Shown: positions 27,651-40,443 of the stretch, piece by piece
How positions within the stretch are numbered: the stretch's first letter is position 1
Layout of the letters: every line of letters starts with the position of its first letter
Source of the DNA: Mustelus asterias
Lineage: Eukaryota
Direction: 5' to 3'
NCBI RefSeq assembly: GCF_964213995.1
Contig: NC_135826.1
Location: 15,810,001 to 15,874,000, forward strand
Length of the DNA stretch: 64,000 nucleotides
The notes under the pieces: generated by a model
What the model saw: only the letters and a program-made list of their open reading frames with translations
Told to the model about the DNA's origin: nothing
Database searches by the model: none
Made by a program: the position numbers and the translations under genes

Positions 27651-30227
27651 ACATAGAAAATAGGAGTGGGTAGAGGCCATTCGGCTCTTCAAGCTTGCTC
27701 TGCCATTCATTATAATCGTAGCTGATCATCCAACTCAGTAGCCTGATCCTACCTTCTCCCCATATCCTCTGATCCCCTTCGCCTCAAGTGCTATGTCCAA
27801 CTGCCTCTTGAAAACATACAGGGGGTGATTTTAAGTGTCGAATTCATGTAAAAACTGGAGTAAATCCTGCTGGTTTTTTCAGCAGGACTTTAAAAATGAA
27901 TCTCCTACAGAGTGCACCAACATGAATCACTTCAAAAAGCTGTGGGCGGGGCCTATTTGCGCTGGAGAGACCGGCAGCATAGCGCTGAGCGGGTCACTGC
28001 GCATGCGTCGATCGGTCAGAAATGAAATTGGCACAGGCGTAGTGGCCCCACACTGCTGGCCTCCCGACCGCTGGCCAGTTCAATCGCTGGCCAGCCCCAT
28101 AACTCCACATCTCTGCTGCTCTAACACCCCCACAAACCGATCGCTGGCACCCCCGGTTGTGTCCGGTCCAGCTCTGCCCACCCCTCCCCCCTGTAGCTCC
28201 ATCCTCCCAGCAGGCTGACCCCAGCCCCAATCACTGGTCTCCCCGTCTCTGTGTCACTCAGCCCGAGTGCAGAGTGGCAGCTGGACACCACAGCCCCACC
28301 GATCTTTCCCTCCATTAAGCCGACCCCCAATAGGCCCCACCCACTGGGCATTGCCACTTTTCCTCTTTGACAGTGCCAGGGCCCTGCCAGGGCCCTGGCT
28401 GGCAGTGCCTAAGGGGCACCCTTCTGGGGCCCGACCCACTGGGGGACCTCAATGGCCCCACTTTACTCCAGCGGGGTCAGGCCGCCAGCTCCCCATAAGT
28501 GGGGAGCTGCACTAAAACCTGCTGGAGTGAACCACTCCTGGTGGGGGGGAGACGCTAGCAGGTCTGGAGCTTTCAGGCCCGGGCCCGCTAATCAAATGTA
28601 AATTAGATTTAAATGAGAATGAGCATCATTTATTCAGCTCTGCGCCTATTTCTGGCATGGAGCTGACAGCGCCGAAAATCTGGCTCCTGGAGACTCGCGG
28701 AGAGCCCGCTCGAGTCTCTGGGCCCGCTGCACTACAGAAGCAGTGCAGCTGGCTGGGAGAATCGCCCTTGCGATGTTTTAGCCTCAATTAATTTCTGTTG
28801 TAGCGAATTCCACAGGCTGACCACTCGTTGGGTGAAGACATTTCTCCTCATCTCTGACCTAAACTGTCTACCCTGTAATCTGACCCCTGGTTCTGGATAC
28901 CCCCACCACTGGGAATACCCTTCTTGCCTCTGCCCTGTTAGAATTTTATAGATTTCTATTCGATCTTCCCTCATTCTTCTGAACTCCAGTGAATTCAATC
29001 CTAACTGACTCAATCTCTCCTCATGCGTCAGGCCTGCCATCCCAGGAATCAGTCTGGTAAACCTTCTCTGCACTTCCTCTACAGCAAGAACATCCTTCAT
29101 CAGATAAGGAGGCCAAAACCGCGCACAATATTTCAGGTGTGGCCTCACCAAGGCCCTATGTAATTGCATCAAGACATCCCTGCTCCTCTTCAAATCCTCT
29201 CACTATGAAGGCCAACATGCCTTTTTTACTGCTTGCAGCACCTGCTTGCTTAATTCAGTGACTGGTGTACAAAGACACCCAGGTCTCATTGCACATTCCC
29301 CTCCTAATTTATGGCCATTCAGACAGTAATCTATCTTCCCGTTTTTGCTACCAAAGTGGATAACCTCACATTTATCCAAATTATACTGCATCTGTCAATC
29401 ATTTACCCACTCAACTTTCCAAATCACACTGAAGGATCTCTGCATCCTCCTCAGAGTTCACCTTCCCACCCAGCTTTGTGCCACCTGCTAATTTGGAGAT
29501 ATTACATTTAGTTCCCTCATCTAAATCATTAATATATATAGTGAGTAGCTGGGGCCCCAATACTGACCCTTGCAGTATCCTACTAGTCACTACCTGCCAT
29601 TTGGAAAAAGACCCGTTTGTTCCTATTCTTTGCTTCCTGTCTGCCAACCAGTTTTCTATCCATCTACCCCAAATCCCATGTGCTTTAATTTTACACACTA
29701 ATCTCTTACCTGGAACTTTGTCGAAAGCCTTCGGAAAGTCCAAATAAACCACATCCATTGGCTCTCCCTCATCAACACTACTAGTTACATCCTTAAAAAA
29801 TTCCAGTACATTTGTAAACCATGATTTCCCTTTCATAAATCCATGTTGAATATGTCCAATCCTACCACTGTTTTCCAAGTGTTTTGCTATAAAATCTTTA
29901 CTCATGGATTCTAGAATTTTGCCCACTACCAAAGTCAGGCTTACTGATCTATAATTCCCTATTTTCTCTCTTACCTCCCTTTTTAAATAGTGGGGTTATG
30001 TTAACTACCCTCCAAGGTGTAGCAGCTGTTCCAGAGTCCATAGAATCTTGGAAGATGACCACGAGTGCATCCACAGTTTCTTGGGCCACTTTCCTGAAGT
30101 ACTGTGGGATGCAGATTATCAGGCTCTATTTATTGGCCTTCAATTTAATCAGTTTCCCCAACACCATTTCTCTACAAATATTGATGTTCACTTCCCCCCT
30201 CTCACTAAACCCTGTGTCCCCCAACAT
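27651..30227 (-). mobile_element. CR1 LINE 3' half
   Basis: RT motifs YLDFPKAFDKV, QGSVLGP and RPHLKYC; CR1 tail near 27651. Confidence 0.88.
27821..28768. mobile_element. Non-autonomous Harbinger-type TIR element inside a CR1 3' UTR
   Basis: Ends GGGGGTGATTTT / GAGAATCGCCCT; GC-rich interior; host CR1 continues on both sides. Confidence 0.65.
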
Positions 30228-33200
30228 TCCACACTTACCTTTACCTACTGAGCAGATACCACCAACTAGTTTTGCTAATATTCTTTATTTTCCACTCGTA
30301 GCTCATTTGCTTTTGACAGCTTCTCAAGTTCAGAGACATACAGGGAATAATCCTGTGATGGGGAAGGCGATAGATATGGCATTGAAAGGAACAATAGCTG
30401 GAATGCATCATCTGCATTCTGATTTGAAACATATGTGTCAAAAAAAATGAGTGACTGTCCAAGGTGGGTATCTAGTGTGGGGAATGCGAGTGATCATTCC
30501 TCCTAGTCTGCATGGAAGAATTCTTGATCAACTACATGAGTGGCATCCTGGTATAGTCCAGATGAAGGAATTAACACACAGTTATTTTTGGTGGGCAGAT
30601 CTGGTTGCTCAGATTGAAGTGGGACAGTGTCAATCCTGGGCATGAATAAGAAATACACCACCGCTATCTCCTTTATACCCTTGAGAGTGGCCTAAAATGC
30701 CACGGCAATGATTGCGTGCAAATTTTGCTGGTCCATTTGAGGGTTATGTGTTCCTAGTCATAACTGATATGCAGTCAAAGTGGCCAGAAGTTGTTGCCTA
30801 CTACATCTGAACAAACTATAGAAAAACTTGAAAGTTTTGAAAGACTTGGTAAATCAGAACAGACTGTTCGTAATAATGGTTCACAGTTTACTTCACAAGA
30901 GTTTGAGGATTATCTCAAAGTAAATGGTATTCGGCATATAAAATCTGCACACTATCATCCATCAGCCAATGGATTAGCTAAAAGGTTTGTTCAATTTTTG
31001 AAACATTCCTTAATATCCTCAAAAGAGCAAGGTTCATTATCAGGTCATGTGAATAGCTTTTTGGCATTTGCTTGTGATTACCCAAAGTTCACCTGCATTA
31101 TTATTCTAAAGAGTAAGTTGAGAACTACATTTGATTTGGAGTCACCTCCAGAAATTTCAGAGATAGTAGTGCATCAACAACAATCTCCAGTTGCTAGGTG
31201 AAACGTGAGGGGAAAACAGCCCTCATTTCAGCAAGGAGATTGAACCTTAGGACATAATTATACCATGAGTAAGAAATAGGTACCAGCATTAGTTTTAGCA
31301 AAAAGAGCTCCAATTTCTTACATGGTTCAAACCAAAGATGAACTAATTTGGCGAAGAAAAGCTGACCAATTGTTATTATCTTGAAATGATTCCTCAGAAT
31401 CATCTCCATAAGTAACAACTTCTTTAGTCCCTCGTGTTGTGAATGCTACTATGGACGATTTAGTCGAATTTGAGTGGACTGATGACTGTGTGTTGGCTAA
31501 TATACCAAGTGAGAATGATACAGAATTAGTCCCAAGAGAAGAGTCTATTGCAGTTCCAAATCATGCTTTGAGGGTCAAGGACAGACAAATTCCAGAACAT
31601 TGTATACAACCAAAGAGGAATAGATGTCCTTCTAACCGACTTTCTTATTGACTGTCAATAATGAGTCATGGTGCATAGAACTGTGTCTAGAGAATTATTG
31701 ATGCTATATATAACATCATAGTAATTTGTTGCCATGACCACAGAAGTACAGAGGGAGGGATGTTTTTTATTTAAGTGGTTGTAGTTTGCTTTAAGAACTG
31801 ACCACATGATTTAATGGTGAAGTCATCAGGGTGTTACCATAGGTTGCTGTTTGATTTTCAGTTTGTACTCTGCACAGTGCAGAGAGCATCTCTTTCAATA
31901 AACCTTGTTGTTGTTAGTTTGAATCTACATGTGCAAACCACATTCTTTTCTTTCTGTTAAAATCCCCAACCCCTAACATAATTAGGATCTTGTAATTTCC
32001 AATTTTGTGATTGATATTTTATTGATCACTAAACATATGAATTAATACGGGTCAAATGCTGGTATTTGGAGTTGGGTCTCGGATCAGCCATGATCTGATT
32101 AAATGGTGGAAGGGACTGGAGATGTTAAATCCCCTCCTCCTGTTCCTATATCACTGCACAAAGAATGAAGGGTTCATGAAATGAGCCGCTGGTTAGAGAG
32201 GAGGAAATCCACTGAAATCATTGAACAGACAATGACTGCAGGCTCCTTCTGGATTATTCATTAGGATTGGCCAAATGGCCTTCCACATCTGGAATTGTAA
32301 TGTGAGCTTAATATCAATTTTACAAATACCTCCTTCACTCTTATTTAGAGGCTATTATCGGTTCTGCTCACACCATTACATTTAGTAAGATGTTCCGGGT
32401 ATTCTGTATTCAAAAAATCTCTCCCATCATTCTTTTGGTAATGATTATGAATTTACACCTTCCAGTTGCCGATCAGTGGAACTTGTTTTTCTCAATTTGC
32501 TTCATCTATCAAAGTGTCACGGCAACTTTCTACTCCCATCTTCACGACTTACTCAGCACCTAATTTAGTCCCAACAGGAAACTTGGGTTTCTGACTCTCT
32601 CTTCCTTCATCTCAGTCATTTATCAGTGGAATGAAAAGCTGAGGCCCCAATACAGATCCCTGGGAGAAACCACGAGCCACATTCTGCCAATTGGGGCACA
32701 GACTGATTATTCCCACTGTCTGCCTCCTACTCTCTCACTCATTCCTCACTCATATCAATAGATTGTCTCCAATTCTCTCAACCCTGTTTGTTCTGATGAA
32801 GGCTCCAAGTCTTTCCTCATAACTAAATCCTCTCATCCCTTAACACAAGTGGGATTCATTTCCTCAGGCCCTCTTCTGCTCCACCAGCATAACATTAGTG
32901 ATTCCACTGGGAGAAACTCCAGGGAATTTTACTCCCAATAGGAACGAGCAGAAATTGTAACATCAGAACAATGCAAATAGAGAACTGGCAATAGAAATGG
33001 AGAATGTTTGGAAATTGCGGTTAGCGGTTATAACGAACAAAATTAACAAATGTTCAGAATATTGGGAAGTTGCGTGAATTGTAAAACTTCATTTCCCCAC
33101 TTCTTGCAGCAGCCGTTTTATTGCAGAACCAGAAATCCTTAAGTCACTGCCATGATCTGTTGTAACCCTCTCGAGGGCAAAAAAAAATTAAACTCGCTTC

Positions 33201-33353
33201 TAAATGCTGAAAAACTGATTGTCTTTTAAACAGCAGTTACAACCCTTTCAGCAGTGGTAACTAATACTTCCAAATTGGGAAGCTCTCTGTAACCAGTAAG
33301 TTCAATGTCAAGAGCTGTCTGAAAAGCACAATGATGTCTGATCCTGGAGAATC

Positions 33354-36300
33354 TGGCAGCGATTCTATGGTTCTATGGAAATCTATGGTTTCTATGATTC
33401 TCCCATCGCGACCCACAACTTTTCTGGCGTGTTGTGCCTGGAGATGCGCGTTTTGGCCATTTTACGGGTTCCCCTCCAGCTTTTACGATCCGCGCACATC
33501 TCCCAGCCAGAGAAAAATGGCGCCGCCAGGAACCCACAGAAAACGGGCGGGCTGCTGATTAGCATGAGTTTATGTACCTTTACATGCCATTATCGGGATC
33601 CACACGGCAATCTCCACCCATGTCTGCATCTCCCACCTCTTTGGCATGATGTAACTTTGGTGCGAATCAGTGTAGGTATTTAAAAGTCGCAACCTGGTGT
33701 GGCAGCCTTGAACTGGCATATGGAGGTAAGTGTTGCTAGTGGAGCGCGAGGGATGTTGCAGACAAGCCCTGGAGATGCCTGATGGCCTTCCTCCTGCTGC
33801 CTTCAGGTGTTGGCACATTGACCAGTGATATCTGGAGGGGGGATTGGGGGGGGCTTCTATTTCCTCACAACTCTCTGGGTGAGGTTCCGTCAGGGATTCC
33901 TGCTCACCGCCACCTCCCCCGCCCCCGCTCCCCCACTGCCTCTCCCCTGGCAGCGCTGTCGCGCAGTGTGGGAGGCGGCCTCTCAGTGTGGGAGGGAGCT
34001 CCCGCTCCCCTGCCCATTCCTGGGCAGCGCTGCCGCGCAGTGTGGGAGGCAGCCTCGAGGCTCCCGCTCACCTTCTCCCTCCATGGCACTTTGCAGTGGC
34101 ATTGTCTTGCCGTGGGGTGTGGTCAGGGACCCGACTACATGCTGGTGTTCCGGGGAGGGGGAGAGGAGTGTACCATGCGCTGACTGAGGCCTAATCAGAT
34201 GAAGCAGCTGCTGCTCCAGGCCAGGGAGCAGAGGTTCAGACAGGGACTGCATGGAATCTGCTTTCACTGGGCACACATCAGGTGCTGATTTGCAGTCTGT
34301 CCCTGCCCTGTGACACGGACCAGCAACACATGCTTGTAACAGATGCTGCAGTTGCACACAAAGCAGTGGCTGAAGGGTGCGCATTGCCCACGTCTGCTCA
34401 CTGACCTGCATAATCTGTGCCTGCATTTGCCATGATGGGAATCTCACACAACCCTAATCGGGCCACGCATGGCACCATGGATTGTGTGGTGTTGCCAGCT
34501 CCCACAAGTGAGTGTTCTTGCCCAAGTGAGGGATTGGGGTGATGCTGGGTCTATGCAGCCAATAAGAATAATCCGTCATTCTATGCTCTTTCCAAACCCC
34601 ACTGTGCAGCTGAATCTCGGTTTGCTCGATCTGGAGCTGGCCATGTTGGTGGCAGCAGGGGCGGAGGAGGAGGCGGCAGCTCAGGAGGTGACGGCCGTGG
34701 AAAGACCACTGCAGGAGCAGCCACCACCAGACCCTCAGGAAGGAGGGCAGGGGGCTGCCGCTGAGGGCCAGGAGGTGAGTGGGCAGCCTCCCAAGAGAGT
34801 GCACAGAAGCAGAGGGTGCCAAGGGCAAGGAGGTACAAGCCCCCGCAATTCCTTTGAGGCCCTCTTGGAGGAGATGTGCCATCGCCGGCTGCGCCTGTCC
34901 AAGACCAGGGTACATCATATTTGTGAGGTGCTGTCACACCTGGCACCTGAAGGGAGGGGCAGCCACCCGCTCCCTGTAGACGTGACGGTGACGGCTGCCG
35001 TCAATTTCTATGCCTTTGGATCATTCCAGGTCTCGCGACGTCCGGGAGCTCCTGGTTGGAAGAGCCCGGCATGGGCTCAAGCCCTTCCTCCTCCCATGGG
35101 GTGCCCAGAGACCCTGAGGGCACTCCATGGGATGCCAGGGTGGCTGGACTGAGCTTCACCTGGCACTGCCAGCCCTGGAGGCCTAGATGCGTCTGCTCCA
35201 TGATGTGTGATCCTTCAGCCCTGGCCCTCTGAGACTCGGCCAAGCTCCGGAGCCCCTCCGCTACAGCATTCTGTGAGCAAGCCAGATTCTGGAGTCCCTC
35301 AGCAGCAGTCCTCTGAGCCTGGGCTAAGTTGTCGAGGCTCACAGACTCTCGCTGTGTCTCCAGAATGCCAGCGTGAGTCCCAGCCATGGCCAGCAATGTC
35401 TCCCACATGCCACCGACACCCATGGCCATCGAACGCTGTGCCACCTGGATGCCGGAAACACACTCGCCCGTGGCCCATAGTGCCTTCAGGATGGCCTGGA
35501 CCCTGTCACCCATGAGGACAGACCCCTGAGCCAGACTTTCCACTGCGGTCGCCACCCTTGCAGTGTTGGCCTGGGTCTCATGCTGTATCGGCACCACCCC
35601 CTGTAATGGCACTCTGTTTGACTCCCCTAAACAGCCTTGCTGTTGCAGCATGGTTGCTGACAACCCTTCCACAACTCCCCGGGTTTCCTGATGCATCTCC
35701 ACCAGCCATGGGAGGAACAAACCCAGAGGCCCAGCAGCTGGCTTGGGGATAGCTGAATCCTGGCCTCCGGTAGACCTCCATGTGCCTGAGCCCTCGGATG
35801 TGCCCGCCTCCACCTGATGTGCATCAGCGGCTGTGATGTGCTCACCAGATCGTAACCCAGAAGCCTCAACACTAAAGGTACCCACCGTGGTGATCTTCTC
35901 TGTCTTGGTGGGTTGTGTGGTACATGCCGGTGATGCTTTAGTGGTGCTGTCCTAGGAAGATTCCTCAGTGCCTCCCTCCGAGGTGTCACCCAGGGGGGTC
36001 ATGGGCAGTTTGGCTGTCGGTGACCATTCGGTCTGGCCATCAGCCCCTGCCAGCTCCATGGCACACTCCTCCATGCTGGTCGGCTGCCGCAGGTCAGGCA
36101 CACCACGACCAGTCTGTGTCGTTTCCAGTGCGTTGTGGATGTTCTTTTCCTGTGGCAACGTAAGGTGGATAGCAAGCATTAACATATTGCAGTGCATGGT
36201 GCGCAATGCGTGCCTATGTCTCGGGCGTTGTACTGAAAGTTTTGGGGAAAGTGGTCACCACTGAAGGGTGCTCATTGAGGGGTGAGGGGAAGGAATCAGA

Positions 36301-37875
36301 TTCCGTTCTTGGGGGAAGGGTCACTTGTTGCATGCCCTTCAGGTGTCTAAGCAGGCTTAGAGATCCGTGCCAAGCATGTTTTGATTTGATTTGATTTATT
36401 ATTGTCCCATGTATTAACATACAGTGAAAAGTATTGTTTCTTGTGCGCTATACAGACAAAACATAACGTTCATAGAGAAGGAAATGAGAGAGTGCAGAAT
36501 GTCGTGTTACAGTCATAGCTAGGGTGTAAAGAAAGATCAACTTAATGCAAGGTAAGTCCATTCAAAAGTCTGACAGCAGCAGGGAAGAAGCTGTTCTTGA
36601 GTCGGTTGGTACGTGACCTCAGACTTTTGTAACTTTTTCCCAACGGAAGAAGGTGGAAGGGAGAATGTCCGGGGTGTGTGGGGTCCTTAATTATGCCGTC
36701 TGCTTTGCCGAGGCAGCGGGAAGTGTAGACAGAGTCAATGGATGGGAGGCTGGTTTGCGTGATGGATTGGGCTGCATTCATGACCTTTTGTAGTTCCTTG
36801 CGGTCTTGGGCAGAGCAGGAGCCACACCAAGCTGTGATACAAACAGAAAGAATGCTTTCTATGTGTGGGGTTCCAAGTGGGATGCTCACTCATCGTTGCT
36901 GCTCGCAGAAGGTTGTACATTTTTTGGCGACACTGCCTGCCAGAGCGGTGTGTCAGGCTCCTGGCATTCACCGCTTCAGTCACCTTTTACCACAAAGCCG
37001 TGGCAGATGCACCGCTTGGGTTAGAGCCCTGTCCGGGGAAGAGACGATCACGCCTCTCCTCCGCGGCATCTAGCAGGTGCTTCTGGTCGGCCTCTGAAAA
37101 TCTGGGAGCAGGTTTCCGCACAGCCATTTTTGTGGCGTGACTGGCTGTGTGTCCATTCCTGCAGCTTATATACAGCTCTGGATTATTAGGGGAGTGCAGG
37201 TGCAGTGAGTGTGGCCAGTCAAGGGCTCTTTGGCAACAAATACTTGTGAGAGATTTTGAAGGCTGCATTCAGTTGAGTGTCATGCATCCCTCAGGGTGCT
37301 GATTGGCTGCCATTGAATAGGCTGCTGTGTCCAGGGGGGTGCAATACTCAAGGCTCCCATTCAAGAGAGGGAATGATCACAAGCTGGGGTTGTACACGTC
37401 AACACAACGCTAGTTCTCTGCAGGGCAGCAGTGAGGACAGTGTGTTCAAGGGATGGAGGGATTGCGTTCCCGCATTATCTGGATCCATGGGGGCATGAGG
37501 TGAGCGGGCAGCCATGTCTGTGTGTGGGCGGAGACGGGGGGAGGCCAGCAATGAGGCCAGCGATGTCTGTGTGTGGGGAGGTTGTGGGGGCCAGCGATGT
37601 CTGTGGGGGTTGGATGGCAGTGACCTGGATGCTCGGAGGTCTTTTCAGCGATCTCTCAGTGATGTGCGCATGTGTGGGTTCCCACTCATCCTGCCGATTT
37701 CAGGCTCTTTGGCGTGAATAGGCCCCACCCCTTGGGTTTTTAATGATATTCACGATTGTGACCTCTGCAGAGGTCACAGAGTGGGAAGATTCGAGTGAGA
37801 AGCTGAACTGAGAAAACAGTCGTGACCTGGAACAGTTTTCCCGCCAATTCGGTGCTTTTGGGAGAATTGCAGCCC
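33354..37875. mobile_element. PIF/Harbinger element with internally deleted transposase (+) and Myb/SANT partner gene (-)
   Basis: TIRs (T)GGCAGCGATTCTCCCA / TGGGAGAATTGCAGCCC. Transposase N-terminus RRLRLSK...LPVDVTVTAAVNFYAFGSFQ at about 34870-35030. Partner APRFSEAD...LW...QCRQKMYNL at 36890-37128 and a coiled-coil ORF at 35001-35885. Confidence 0.85.
36379..36864 (-). mobile_element. Rex1/Babar LINE 3' fragment
   Basis: ESILSVCITAW...NRLKNSFFPAAVRLLN with an (AAATC)n tail; same family as 24462-25685. Confidence 0.88.
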
Positions 37876-38259
37876 TATCGCAATTGGCTGTGTGTTACTG
37901 TGCTGGATACATTCTGAAACAACTACTTTCAAACAAGATGGACAAACATCACAGCCTATTCTGACTTCCTTTCCATCTCTGCATCATGAGACAGGCAAGA
38001 GACTACATTAATATCTTGGCTCTTGTCATGGTTACTGCATAATTAGTCTTGTGGTGTCTGTTCATTATCAGCCACAGATGTACAGATGTCTGCTCTTTCC
38101 ATTCATTCCCCCAGTGCCTGGGAAAATCCTCAGCTCTCTCTCTCTCCAGTTAGTGTTGGTGTGACAGTGATGGTTAACTTTCGGAATCAATATTTTCATT
38201 CCTGGTAATCACATGTAAGCAATTGGTTAATGCAATAATTACTGTAGCAGGAAGCTATA

Positions 38260-39100
38260 CTCGGCAATGACCTGTGAGAGGGTCTATAAAAAAAAAGAAT
38301 GGATGATTCTCCGGGGCCACGAGACACGGCCAGAATTCACGATGGCCTATTGAATCGGAGATGACAACCAAAACGTGATTTGTGCTGTGTGTTAAATGCA
38401 TTTTGAGTCTCCCACCCATTGCACCTGGCCCAATCCGGTTCTCAACCAAAGCAGGAGAGAACCTGCGACTACTAATTTAAATGCATTAAAATACAATTGT
38501 ATCTACAGGCCTCCATAAGAGTGATAGTGGAGAGGACAGTCATGTTGCTGAAGATGTACTTCAGATGTCTGGACTAATCAGGGTGGGCATTGCAATATCC
38601 TCCAGAAAGTGTCTTCCCTCATAGTTATCTATGCCGTGCCCTGCTCAACCTGGTTCTAACAAGGGGGACCTAGTGGAGGCTGAGGAAAGTGAGGCAGTGC
38701 CACAGGTCCGGGAGAATGATCCAGTGAAGGGTCAGAGGAAGAGCTGGAAACATGTGGAGTGAGGACATCGAGGCGGACAACACGAACATTCATGAGGGTA
38801 GGGACAAGAGGGATGCTTTGAAAGACGCTTTGAGTCTTTGAACGCTTTGAACCTTTTGTGACACTGAAACCGTGTGCAACGCATCATGATATGCCCACTG
38901 ACCGAAGTGGTGACCTCTGACCAGGCTTTATTGGTCAGGTGGGATGGCCTTCTCTTGTCATTCCTGGGCATGTGAATGTTCCTCCTGGCACTGACATCCT
39001 GAACCAGGACACTTGGACACCCATCTGTGAAACGGGGGAACGTTGCCTACCCACCTTCCCTGACCATCCAGTGCCCATGCCATTTCTGGACAACAGGTCA
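38260..39100 (-). mobile_element. Harbinger remnant (Myb/SANT partner fragment and transposase end)
   Basis: KRRPSHLTNKAWSEVTTSVS...RCTRFQCHKRF trihelix-like motif. Confidence 0.55.
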
Positions 39101-39216
39101 TAATAAAAGGAAAATACTGCGGATGCTGGAATCTGAAATAAAGACAGAAAATGCTGAATAAACTCAGCAGGTCTGGCAGCATAGAATCATAGAATCCTTG
39201 CAGTGCAGAAGGAGGC

Positions 39217-40372
39217 TGTTGTGGGAAATTCTTCCAAGGTAGCCTAATTAATTTAAAGACTGAATCTTTTTATTAACTTCCTTTCACAAAGGCAGTAAAA
39301 AAATTATTCAATTCAAGGAAACTCTTCAATTAGACTGGCTTTATTAAAACATTGAAATGTTTGAATAAAACAACATTACAACTTAATATTAAGAAAATAA
39401 ATACAAACATACAATGAGAACAAGACAAATCTCATTTTGGCCAAAATGGGAGATCTAGAGTTCCACCTACACAGCTAATGCGCTCGCAGGCTTTCTCAAA
39501 AGATCTCGGATTTCATGCCAAAAAGTACAATAGTTATACTTTTTGTTATCAGATTAATCAGCCCAGCACTTAATTAAAAGCAATTTCATTCATTCACTGT
39601 TCTGTCAATCTAACAATGGCATTTCCTTCCATCAATTATAGTTTGACACCTTCAAATATAAATCTGTCATTTGTCCATTTTACGGAAGTTCTCTCCCAAA
39701 AATGGATTCTTATGATTCATCATTCCTCTAACCAGTTTAAACCGGCTCTAATACCAAATGAAGGCACCTTTATTTTTTGGCATTATCCCCCGGCCTGGAT
39801 ATGCATCAGTAATTTATTTTGTTGCATAATTTGTGCCTGACTTGTGCTGGTATCATTCATGAATACACCTTCCATTTTCCTGGCATGTTACTTAAATATT
39901 TTGTATTATTCTCAAACCACGTGTTAAAACATTAGCTGCTAATTATCCTCCAGTTGGGTATTTAGAATTAATCAGAATTCTCAACTACAAATTACAATGT
40001 GTTAGCAATTTTCCTAGTAATAACTGGCTTTTTCTATATCCGATATTGACCTGCTGTCTGGCTTCGTCCCAGAATATTTCATACTTTATGTTTCAGTTTT
40101 TTAATCAAAAAGTCCATTGTGTTTCTTTGCCTGTTTACTAATTTGCTACATCTTTCATTTGAGTTTGTATTTATCTTGCACATTGGCCTTGAATGAATAT
40201 TCAACTTTTTTTTCCATATAAAGAAACCCTTTTTTAAAATCTTACAACATATTAAAAATGTGAAAAATAATTTAGTTACTTATATAAAACAGCTGTTTAT
40301 CTGATGCTAAGTTGATTCCTATAACTCATTCCTAATCGACATAGTCCCTTCTACTGTTAAATCCCACCTACA
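39217..40372 (-). repeat. ERV 3' LTR (about 1.16 kb)
   Basis: PPT GAGTAGGGGAAT is followed by TGTAGGTGGGA and the repeat ends TTCCCACAACA (imperfect terminal inverted repeat). AATAAA near 39270 and 39340. Single copy, so boundaries are inferred. Confidence 0.7.
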
Positions 40373-40443
40373 ATTCCCCTACTCGCTACATTGGTCACAG
40401 CAATATTAGGCCAAATTTATTTAACCTCTATTATTTCTTTTCA

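Larger units (their letters stand above)
27607..31978 (+). mobile_element. Decayed Gypsy LTR retrotransposon: 5' LTR stub, integrase remnant, PPT and 3' LTR (31761-31978)
   Basis: LHEWHPGIVQMK, C..C, NNGSQFTS and YHPSANGLAKRFVQ. PPT AGAGGGAGGGA precedes TG...CA. The LTR start is echoed at 27607-27655. Confidence 0.8.

Noticed and set aside
38115-38204. Possible exon VPGKILSSLSLQ resembling the TMEM17/80/216 N-terminus when joined to MVPPG
   Set aside because: Two in-frame TGA stops follow and the similarity is short and low-complexity.
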